Origin: an uncultured Gemmatimonadota bacterium
GTDB taxonomy: Bacteria; Blakebacterota; Blakebacteria; Blakebacterales; Blakebacteraceae
Direction of reading: 5' to 3'
NCBI GenBank assembly: GCA_964576115.1
Contig: CAZNUA010000022.1
Coordinates: forward strand, 1-58,488
Length of the DNA: 58,488 nt
Position 1 is the first letter of the stretch. Every line of letters starts with the position of its first letter. Shown here piece by piece: positions 37,439-45,290 of the stretch. A model generated the notes under the pieces. It searched no databases, was not told the origin of the DNA, and saw only the letters and a list, made by a program, of their open reading frames with translations. The position numbers and the translations under genes are program-made.

Positions 37439-38788
37439 TTACTCCGTGCCCGGTACCGGTACCACCACCGGCAGGTCCACCGGTCCGAGAGCGATCCGGT
37501 CGGGACCGAGCCTGAGATCGGAATTCATCATCTCATCCCAGATGACCTCCCGCCCGGTGTAGGCCGAGATCCTCCCCATGATGGCGCACAGGGTCGAGAT
37601 GGCGGTGTTTTCGGCCTCGTTGAAGGGCGTTCCGGTTCTGATGGCAGTGACCAGGTCGATGTGTTCCTGATCGTAGGGGTCGACCGCCACCCGGCCGGTG
37701 GATTCACCTTCTTCGTTGAGCGGGTAGGGGTACTCCCAGACGAGTCTGCCCTCGAGGTCCCAGATCTTGTTTTGGCAGTTCGTGTAGCCCGTCGTGCCCA
37801 TCACGAACTCCGAGACGTTGCGGGCACAACCGTCGATCTGCCGGCACATGCTGTGCTCGTGCATATTGTCGGCATGGATGAAATCGACGCTGAAGAAGTC
37901 GTACTGATCGCCGGTGACCCGGCGGTGGCGGCCGCCGAAGCCGACCGCCTGGATGGGGTGCGAACCGGCGAACCAGTTGATCACGTCGAGATTGTGCACG
38001 TGCTGCTCGACGATGTGATCGCCCGAGAGCCAGCACCAGTTGACCCAGTCGCGGATCATCCATTCCATGTCCGACCAGCCGCGCTCGCGGGTCTTGTACC
38101 AGAGCTGACCCTGGTTCCAGTAACAGTTGGCTCCCGTGATCTCGCCGATCAGACCGGCCGCGACCTGACGGAAGGTCGCGACGTAATCGCGCTGGTGACG
38201 CCGCTGGGTGCCGGTCACGACGCATAGTCCCCGTGAGTCGGCCCGGCGGGCGGTGGCCATGATCGAGCGGGCCCCGACCGGATCGACCGCGACCGGCTTT
38301 TCCATGAAGACGTGCTTGCCGGCGTTCACGGCAGCTTCGAAATGGACCGGCCGGAAATACGGCGGGGTGGCGATCAGCACCACGTCCACGCCCGAGTCGA
38401 TCAGCCGTTCATAGGCATCGAAACCGAGAAAGCAGTTCTCGTCGGGAACTTCGACTCCGCGGTGCTCGCGGATCGAGGCTCGACAGCTCTCGAGCCGGTC
38501 CTCGAAAACATCTGCCAGGGCTATCAGCTCCAGGTTCGGACCGGCGCCGAGAAACTGCCGTGCCGCACCGGTGCCCCGACCGCCGCAGCCGATCAGGCCG
38601 GCTTTGAGAACCGGGCCGTCGGGGGCGGTGTCGAGCAGGGCGGGATAGGGGTAGTCGGCATGCTGGGACAGAGGACCGCCCGAACCGCTGCAGCCCGCCA
38701 GGGCGGCTGCGGCTGCGCCGGCGGCGCCGATCGCCGCCGCCGTGCCGATGAACTCGCGCCGGCTCGGCGCACCTGATGTCTCACTCAT
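37439..38788 (-). CDS. Tat-exported Gfo/Idh/MocA oxidoreductase
   Basis: SRREF Tat leader (possible lipobox LAGC); GLIGCGGRG, ATPP, EKP, GTQRRH and DHIVEQHVHNLD motifs. Confidence 0.92.
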   Translation of the reverse strand: MSETSGAPSRREFIGTAAAIGAAGAAAAALAGCSGSGGPLSQHADYPYPALLDTAPDGPVLKAGLIGCGGRGTGAARQFLGAGPNLELIALADVFEDRLESCRASIREHRGVEVPDENCFLGFDAYERLIDSGVDVVLIATPPYFRPVHFEAAVNAGKHVFMEKPVAVDPVGARSIMATARRADSRGLCVVTGTQRRHQRDYVATFRQVAAGLIGEITGANCYWNQGQLWYKTRERGWSDMEWMIRDWVNWCWLSGDHIVEQHVHNLDVINWFAGSHPIQAVGFGGRHRRVTGDQYDFFSVDFIHADNMHEHSMCRQIDGCARNVSEFVMGTTGYTNCQNKIWDLEGRLVWEYPYPLNEEGESTGRVAVDPYDQEHIDLVTAIRTGTPFNEAENTAISTLCAIMGRISAYTGREVIWDEMMNSDLRLGPDRIALGPVDLPVVVPVPGTE

Positions 38789-40274
38789 TGTCCGGCTCCT
38801 TCTCCGCGGGGGGAGACCCGAGTGTATCAGAGAACGGGGAGGAACAAACAACCCGGAAACCGACATGGTCGCAGTCGGAATACCACCAGCGACTCTTCGG
38901 CATCTGCGGATCGGAACGCAGCCATTCGTCGGAACGCGTGCGATTGCGGGCAGCGCAACGCACCCCGGCTGCCGAACTGCGGTACGAGCCCCCCCGTACC
39001 ACATATTCTTCGCTCCCTTCAGCCCAGCGATCGGCGCAGAATTCCGCGACGTTACCGAGCATGTGCACCAGCCCGAAGGGGTTGGGTTCGACCGCTGATG
39101 GAGGCTCGGTGCGCTGCCGGGAGGTGCGAGCGAAGACGACGTAGCGTCCGGCCCGATCGAGAGTCTTCGAACCGAAGATCCGGGCCGTCAGGCCGCGGCG
39201 AGTCAGTCGGCGGGGATCGGCCGCGAAGAAGTAGGGTGTCTCGGTGCCTCCCCGGGCGGCGTACTCCCACTCGGCCTCGGTCGGCAGGCGGTAGGCACGG
39301 CCGGTCACTTCACTGAGCCAGCGGCAGTAGCTCTGAGCGGCATGGTGGGTCATGGTGATCGCCGGCCGCGTCCCCCGTCCCCAACCCTGGTCGGGATTAC
39401 CATAGGGGGCTGTGGCTCCGGTGACAGCATCAACGCCTCCGGGGAGCGCGGGTCCCAGAGCGCGGGTGTCGGTCCGGCCCTCGACCGAGGTGGCCCGGTA
39501 CCAGGCCTCGAACTCGTTCCACGACACCTCGGCCCGCCCCATCCAGAAGGGCTCGACCTGCACCTCGCGCGGCGCTCCCTCATCGGCCGAGCGCAGGGGT
39601 TCGGTGAGGGGACTGCCCATCTGGAACGTGCCGCCGGGGATGGCTGCCATGTCGAACGTGACTGTCGTGCCGGGTATCCGTTCGGTGAAGTCGGTGAAGC
39701 CCGCCACCACGGCGGGCTCCTCGAAGACCTCGCCGGCGGCTTCCCGGGCCGATCCGACTGTCAGTCCCCGGGTGGCCGTGGAGTCGTGGTGCCCCACCTG
39801 CAGGTGGCAGGTGATGCAGTAGAGTCCTTCGGGATTCCGTTCGTAATACAGATGGGCTTTCTCGCCCTCCTCGGTCAGGGTGGCGGGGTACAGATTGGCG
39901 TGACAGACCAGGCAGGAGGCTTCGAACGTATGGGTGACGGCATACTCGGGCCGGGACTTGGCGAGCCAGTCGATCCGCTCCCGGTCCTTGAAGACAGCTC
40001 CCCAGGCATCGCGCAGGCCCAGGCGGGTCTTCTGCAGGGCGTAGGGCACGCCACCCGGGGGCAGGTGACACTGCACGCAGTGCACCCCTCTACCCCGGCG
40101 GGCCCAGTAATGGGTGGAAAGCTGCCAGGTGGCGGTGGCGTGGGGATGAATGTGACAGGAGGCGCAGAAACGGTCGGTCGAGGTCAGACGGTTGGCCGCC
40201 CCGAAGAGCGGCACCGCCGCCGCGGCCAGGACGACCCCGATGACGAGGACGCGAGTTCTCTTACTGAGACGCAC
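38781..40274 (-). CDS. NapC/NirT-type tetraheme cytochrome c fused to an FGE-sulfatase (SUMF1-like) domain
   Basis: N-terminal TM helix; CASCH, CVQCH, CLVCH, CITCH; then IPGGTFQMGS, YRLPTEAEWEYAARGG, PNPFGL..MLGNVAE, RGGS, GFR. Start probably GTG at 40274. Confidence 0.85.
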   Translation of the reverse strand: MRLSKRTRVLVIGVVLAAAAVPLFGAANRLTSTDRFCASCHIHPHATATWQLSTHYWARRGRGVHCVQCHLPPGGVPYALQKTRLGLRDAWGAVFKDRERIDWLAKSRPEYAVTHTFEASCLVCHANLYPATLTEEGEKAHLYYERNPEGLYCITCHLQVGHHDSTATRGLTVGSAREAAGEVFEEPAVVAGFTDFTERIPGTTVTFDMAAIPGGTFQMGSPLTEPLRSADEGAPREVQVEPFWMGRAEVSWNEFEAWYRATSVEGRTDTRALGPALPGGVDAVTGATAPYGNPDQGWGRGTRPAITMTHHAAQSYCRWLSEVTGRAYRLPTEAEWEYAARGGTETPYFFAADPRRLTRRGLTARIFGSKTLDRAGRYVVFARTSRQRTEPPSAVEPNPFGLVHMLGNVAEFCADRWAEGSEEYVVRGGSYRSSAAGVRCAARNRTRSDEWLRSDPQMPKSRWWYSDCDHVGFRVVCSSPFSDTLGSPPAEKEPDNE

Positions 40275-40281
40275 GATCGGC

Positions 40282-41229
40282 TCAATCCATCGTGAAGGTG
40301 TTCTTGGCAAAGGTCACGTTTCGGCGGGTGTCCTCGATGAACCGGTCACGGCGCCCGCTGGTTTCGAGCACCAGCCACTTGTTATAGCCGATGTCGTCCA
40401 GGGCCCGGGCGCAGGCGGCCATGTCGACCATGCACCCCTCACTGCCGAGCAGGGGGGTGCTTTTATCCTTCAGGTGCACCTCGCAGATCATCTCGTTGCC
40501 GAGCAGACGCAGCTCACCCGGCACGTCGTAGCCGTTGCCCCACGAGTTGCCCACGTCGTAGTACACCTGAACCCACTGCGAACCGACGCGCTCGATGATG
40601 TCGAGGTTCTGGCGGGCGGTGATGGTGTTCTCCAGGCCCAGCACCACTCCGGCGTCGCGGGCTCGCGGTACGAGGTGCTTGAGAGTCTGCACGACCTTCT
40701 CGACCCAGTCCTCTTTCAGCTCGTAGGAACTGAAACCGCCTTCGGGGTGATCGATATACTCGCCGGCCTCATCGCGGCGGCACAGATCGCCGTTGCCGAA
40801 AAAGGCCAGCAGCACGTTGCGGGCGCCCAGGGCCGCGGCCGCTTCGACGGCATCGGCCACCCAGAGAGCGGCATAGGGCTCGGTGGCCAGGGGGTAGGAA
40901 TTGAGCAGGCCGCCGGCGGCGACCGAATGAAAGGTGATGCCGTGCTGCCGGCCGAGCCGGAGGTAACGCCGGCGCAGGGCCGGATCGCGCAGGGGAATGG
41001 TGTCGAGATCGCTCCCCACGCTGACCTGGATACCCTCCAGATGCGCCTCTTCAGCCCGGGGGATCTGCTCGGGATCGCACATCGGCCCCAGGTTCCAGTC
41101 GCACATACCGATCCCGGCCGCACCGGTCAGGAGAACGCCGTGCGAACCGGCCTCGATCCCGCGCGGCAGCCCCAGGGCCGCCAGCCCCGCTCCCGCCGCC
41201 GTCATGAATTTCCTGCGGTTCATCGCCAT
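40282..41229 (-). CDS. Tat-exported sugar-phosphate isomerase/epimerase (xylose-isomerase-like TIM barrel)
   Basis: MNRRKF Tat leader; LGLEN, YYDVGN, EVHLKD and LVLET metal-binding motifs; GAGGGGG RBS. Confidence 0.85.
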   Translation of the reverse strand: MAMNRRKFMTAAGAGLAALGLPRGIEAGSHGVLLTGAAGIGMCDWNLGPMCDPEQIPRAEEAHLEGIQVSVGSDLDTIPLRDPALRRRYLRLGRQHGITFHSVAAGGLLNSYPLATEPYAALWVADAVEAAAALGARNVLLAFFGNGDLCRRDEAGEYIDHPEGGFSSYELKEDWVEKVVQTLKHLVPRARDAGVVLGLENTITARQNLDIIERVGSQWVQVYYDVGNSWGNGYDVPGELRLLGNEMICEVHLKDKSTPLLGSEGCMVDMAACARALDDIGYNKWLVLETSGRRDRFIEDTRRNVTFAKNTFTMD

Positions 41230-41372
41230 CTGATGGTCCCCCCTCTGACAGAGTCGGAGGTGCTCTGGTGAAGGAAAATAGGCCGCGGCTCGAGCCGGAG
41301 CAAGGCGGGTGCCCGTCACCGGTCTGGTTACCGATCGGATATCGGGCGGCACGTATCTGTCCGGGGACGGGC

Positions 41373-42419
41373 TCAGCGAACCCGGCCGATGTCGCGGATG
41401 CCGCCCCGGATGAAATCGGCCATGCCGGTCGAGGCGACGATCTCCCGGTCGCGGGTGATGAGCAGGGCTTCGACACCGGCCAGATCCTCGACCAGGGCCA
41501 GTCCCGCCTCCGGTCCCAGTACGAAGACACTGGTCGAGAGGGCATCGGCATCCACGGCCAGAGCGGTCATGACGGTGGCGCTGATCAGGGCCGTGGCGCT
41601 GCGCCCGGTGCGCGGATCGACGATGTGGTGATGTTCGAAGCCGGGATCGAAGTACCGCTCGTAATCGCCGCTGGTGGTGACCGAGCCGTCGGTGATTTCG
41701 ATCACGGCCAGGTAGTCGCCGGGGTCGCGCGGGTTCTGCAGGGCGATCCGCCACGGCTCGCCGTTATTGTCACCCAGGGCCCGGATATCGCCTCCGGCGT
41801 TGACCAGGGCGTCCCGTATCCCGGCCCGTTTCAGGGTCTCGACGGCCCGGTCGATGATATACCCCTTGGCCAGGCCTCCCAGATCGATCCGGGTGCCTTC
41901 TGACAGGGCGACCCTCTTCCCCGTGATCGAGAGCCGCTCGAATCCCTCCAGCCGCCGGGCACTGTCGATCCGGGCCGCCGTCGGTGGCTGACCCGAACGC
42001 GTAAAGGACCGATCGTAGACCTCGAGAACCGGCTTCACGGTGATATCGAAAGCCCCCCGACTCAGCTCGTAATAGCGACCGGCGGCTCCGAGCACGGCGA
42101 TCAGATCGGGACCGGCCTCGATCGAGCCGGAGCGGTTCAGCCGGCTGACCTGGCTTGAATCGCGATAGACGCTCAGGGCCGCTTCGATTCGTTCAATCTC
42201 GCCGAAAGCGGCTTCGATGGCGCCCCGCGCCCGGCGTCGGGAGTGATGCAGGACAGTGATGGTGACCGAAGTGCCCATGGCCGGCCGCATGACGCGGGTT
42301 GCGGGCCGCGCATCGCGGGCCTCGGTGAGCAGAACCAGGGCCAGGAGGATGAGCGGCGCCGTGATGTAGAGCCAGCGCAGTTCATCGGGAATCCGCAGAC
42401 GTGTCCGTGACGATGGCAT
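41373..42419 (-). CDS. apbE: FAD:protein FMN transferase ApbE
   Basis: AMGT, GAFDITV, IDLGGLAKGY, NAGGDI, TTSGDYERYF, HHIVDPRTG and ADALST motifs. Confidence 0.92.
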   Translation of the reverse strand: MPSSRTRLRIPDELRWLYITAPLILLALVLLTEARDARPATRVMRPAMGTSVTITVLHHSRRRARGAIEAAFGEIERIEAALSVYRDSSQVSRLNRSGSIEAGPDLIAVLGAAGRYYELSRGAFDITVKPVLEVYDRSFTRSGQPPTAARIDSARRLEGFERLSITGKRVALSEGTRIDLGGLAKGYIIDRAVETLKRAGIRDALVNAGGDIRALGDNNGEPWRIALQNPRDPGDYLAVIEITDGSVTTSGDYERYFDPGFEHHHIVDPRTGRSATALISATVMTALAVDADALSTSVFVLGPEAGLALVEDLAGVEALLITRDREIVASTGMADFIRGGIRDIGRVR

Positions 42420-42450
42420 CCGGTCCTGCCTCAGATCGCTTTCATCTCCG

Positions 42451-42705
42451 TTACTTCTCGTGGTTTTCTCCACCTGCTGAAAGCACCCGCATCCCGGCCT
42501 TCTGAGCCGCTTCATCCACGAGAATCTCCGAGGGCGCCAGCTGCAGTTCAGTCGCCACCAAATGCAGCGACCGGGGCAGGATGGAGTCGCGGCGGGCCAG
42601 GGAATAGAACGCATTCCGGCTCACACCGGCCCTGGCCAGCATTTCGGACAGAGTCAGTCCGCGTCGCCGACATTCCTCTTTGATTGTCCACAGATCGAGC
42701 CGCAT
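42451..42705 (-). CDS. Small Cro/C1-type HTH protein
   Basis: RGLTLSEMLARAGVSRNAFYSL helix-turn-helix. Confidence 0.7.
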   Translation of the reverse strand: MRLDLWTIKEECRRRGLTLSEMLARAGVSRNAFYSLARRDSILPRSLHLVATELQLAPSEILVDEAAQKAGMRVLSAGGENHEK

Positions 42706-42711
42706 GATCAG

Positions 42712-42740
42712 ATTGTACTAAAATATGGTACATAACGCAA
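42712..42740 (-). promoter_or_regulatory. Sigma70-type promoter for a probable leaderless HTH mRNA, with overlapping dyad
   Basis: TTGCGT-N17-TACAAT-N6-ATG; dyad TGTAC-N9-GTACA at 42714-42732. Confidence 0.55.
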
Positions 42741-42770
42741 CCACCCCCACCGGAACGATTCGCAGAGACG

Positions 42771-42802
42771 TTGACAGTGAATACTATTATATTATATTAT
42801 AA
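42771..42802 (+). promoter_or_regulatory. vapBC promoter with TATTA x3 direct repeat
   Basis: TTGACA at 42771 followed by TATTATATTATATTATAA; GGAGG RBS before 42825. Confidence 0.6.
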
Positions 42803-42824
42803 CAGCATTTAATGGAGGATAGCC

Positions 42825-43082
42825 ATGCAGGTCTCTCTCTACCTCACCGATGAACTGCTCGCCCGTCTGGACGAGTTGGCCGGCAGTACCGGCCGGAGTC
42901 GGTCAGCGACCGTTCAACACCTGCTCGAACGCACTCTTGCCAGCGGTGGCGACAGGGATCTGCTCACCCTGGCCGGAGCCTGGCGCGATCCCCGGCCGGC
43001 CGAGCAGATCATCAGAGAAGTGACTGAAGGACGGCTGTACAACCGGCGTTCGGAACGCAACGACCCGGGTAGCACCCCGTGA
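42825..43082 (+). CDS. Ribbon-helix-helix (CopG-like) antitoxin, VapB-type
   Basis: MQVSLYLTDELLARLDELA..GRSRS RHH pattern; LAGAW.D C-terminal motif; overlaps the PIN gene (GTGA). Confidence 0.8.
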   Translation: MQVSLYLTDELLARLDELAGSTGRSRSATVQHLLERTLASGGDRDLLTLAGAWRDPRPAEQIIREVTEGRLYNRRSERNDPGSTP

Positions 43083-43477
43083 ACCGGCTCCTGGACACCG
43101 ATATTATCATCCATTTCCTGCGCGGCCACGAACGGGTGGTGCACCGGATGGCCACCCTGCCCCATTCCTCTCTGGCGGTGCCTGCCATCGCCGTCGCCGA
43201 ACTGTATTTCGGGGCTTTCAACTCCATTGACCCCGCTCGGAACTGTGCCGTCGTCGACACCCTGCGCCGACAGGTACAGATCATTCCCTTCGATGACGAG
43301 GCGGCGGTTCTCTTCGGGCGTCTCAAAGCAAGACTGCGGGATGAGGGAGCGCTCATCCCCGATTCCGCTCTCTTCATCGCCGCCACCGCCCTGGTGACCG
43401 GTTCGGTTCTGGTGACGGCCAATACCACGCACTTCGAGCGCATCGAGGAACTGCGCCTGGAGGACTGGACCCGCTGA
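43079..43477 (+). CDS. vapC: VapC PIN-domain toxin
   Basis: LLDTDIII, AVAELYFG, FIAATAL....LVTAN..HFERI..L.LEDW motifs. Confidence 0.9.
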   Translation: MNRLLDTDIIIHFLRGHERVVHRMATLPHSSLAVPAIAVAELYFGAFNSIDPARNCAVVDTLRRQVQIIPFDDEAAVLFGRLKARLRDEGALIPDSALFIAATALVTGSVLVTANTTHFERIEELRLEDWTR

Positions 43478-43514
43478 CCCGTCCCCACCCGGATAGTACC
43501 GGACAGATTCTGAA

Positions 43515-45287
43515 TCAGGTCCGGCGCAGGCGCCAGAGTGTGCCCGATACGAAATAGAGCAGGGTCGGTATCGGCAGCCACTGTTTGAAGGCGGCCAGCC
43601 GCTCGAGATAGTCGCCGGGCCCGGCCTGGCTCACTCCCACGGCCGGCACGAGGCACCCGATCAGGGCGAGAATCGCCACCGCACCCAGGATCCGCGTCAG
43701 GGGGCTGGTGCGTCTCGCAGTCGCCCCGACTGCAGATCCGGTTTCCCTCCCGGTGCTCTCTGTCGGAATCCCGCCGGAACCGGAGTCGGATCCGGGGACG
43801 GGACCGGTCTGATCCGAAGCACCGGGAGATTCACTTCCCGGCTCTCGCACCCACCCTCTTTCCCTCACCCAGATCAGACCGGTGTAAACGAGGGCGGTGG
43901 TCAGGCAGGTCGGCAGGAAGAGAAAGAAGAGGTGGAGGGTATGGGTCAGACCCAGCCCGAGGGCCAGCAGCAGGCCGGCGACCCAGGCAGTCAGGGCCGG
44001 GAGGTTGAGGCGTTCACCCCGCCGCTCGCTGGCGTAGCGCGGCAGGCCGAGCCGGGGGAAGAGGGCGTGCTCGGTCGCCACGATCACCCCGGCGGGAACG
44101 AGGATCAGGCCGTAGATGCCCACGAAATCGAGCAACCGGGTGAAGACGAAGGGAAAGCAGGCGATCGCGGTCGTAAGGGCCCCGGCCGCCAGAGTCACCT
44201 TCCAGCGCGGCCAGCCGGGAGTGACGGCCTGCAGGGCCAGTCCGGCCCGGTAGAGGGTGGGGTTCGATGTCGTCCAGCCGGCGATCACGACCGCCACCGC
44301 TCCAGCCGTACCCAGGGCCTGAAAGGCAACCGCTCCGGAATCGAGCGCGGTCAAGGCGGTGCCCAGCGCGCTGGCGGCGCCCGCCCCCATCACCCCGGCC
44401 CAGATCCAGGCCAGGTAGTGCCCCAGGTACATCCCGAAGGCCGAGTAATAGCCGTAGCCGGTCCGCCGGGCGAAACGGAACAGGGCCATGTCCGAGAGCC
44501 CCAGATGCATGGCCAGGTTACAGATCCAGGCAAAGGCCGCCACGTGCAGGAATCCGATCTGCGATGCACCCCCGCCTGCGGTCTGCCCGGTCCAGACGGC
44601 CCGCCGGCCCAGCTCCCAGAAATCAGCCAGGCTGCGGATCCGCCCCAGCCCGGAGGCCCCGGCCAGTTCGGGGAGCATGACCAGGCAGCCGAGCAGGAAC
44701 ATCAGCAGCATCCAGGGAGCACAGACCTGGGCGAAGGAGGCCAGGCGCCGGAAGCCGGCGATCGCCAGGGTGACCACTACCGCACCGACCGCCAGGACCA
44801 CCAGGACGAAGCCGACACTGGTCGGATACCATTGCACCTGCTCGGGGATCCCGAAGGGGATGCGGACCGCCGAGGCCGAGACGGTGATCATGCAACCGGC
44901 CAGAATGCAGAAGAGCAGCGCGTTCAGGAGGTTGTAGATCAGGGTCAGGTAGGGTCCCCCGATCCGGCGCAGGTACCAGTAGAGGGTCAGGCGGGTTCGG
45001 ACCGCTATCGGAGCGCAGACCAGAGCCCAGCTCAAGACCGCCAGCAGGTTCCCGACCAGCAGGCCCACCACGATGTCGGTAATCCCCGCCCCCCACGTCA
45101 CGAAGAGGGCCCCGATCACGAACTCGGTCGCGGCCACATGCTCCCCGGCGAAGGAGGCAGCGAAGTACCCGCCCCCGCAGAGACGGTCCCTGGAGACCGG
45201 TTCCCGGTCGAACTCGTAGAGGGCGTCGAGCCGCTCGATGGCGCTCGATCCCGTTCCAGCCCCCGATGCAGACATCCCGGCTCCCAT
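43515..45287 (-). CDS. NCS1/purine-cytosine permease-like transporter
   Basis: About 12-14 TM helices; GEHVAATEFVIG, HLGLSD and AGWTTSNPTLYRAGLA motifs. Confidence 0.75.
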   Translation of the reverse strand: MGAGMSASGAGTGSSAIERLDALYEFDREPVSRDRLCGGGYFAASFAGEHVAATEFVIGALFVTWGAGITDIVVGLLVGNLLAVLSWALVCAPIAVRTRLTLYWYLRRIGGPYLTLIYNLLNALLFCILAGCMITVSASAVRIPFGIPEQVQWYPTSVGFVLVVLAVGAVVVTLAIAGFRRLASFAQVCAPWMLLMFLLGCLVMLPELAGASGLGRIRSLADFWELGRRAVWTGQTAGGGASQIGFLHVAAFAWICNLAMHLGLSDMALFRFARRTGYGYYSAFGMYLGHYLAWIWAGVMGAGAASALGTALTALDSGAVAFQALGTAGAVAVVIAGWTTSNPTLYRAGLALQAVTPGWPRWKVTLAAGALTTAIACFPFVFTRLLDFVGIYGLILVPAGVIVATEHALFPRLGLPRYASERRGERLNLPALTAWVAGLLLALGLGLTHTLHLFFLFLPTCLTTALVYTGLIWVRERGWVREPGSESPGASDQTGPVPGSDSGSGGIPTESTGRETGSAVGATARRTSPLTRILGAVAILALIGCLVPAVGVSQAGPGDYLERLAAFKQWLPIPTLLYFVSGTLWRLRRT

Positions 45288-45290
45288 GGC

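Noticed and set aside
31771-42721. Identical 10-mer ATTGTACTAA at 31771 and 42712 as a shared operator
   Set aside because: It is largely explained by a minus-strand TACAAT -10 box in both promoters, and the surrounding dyads differ in spacing.
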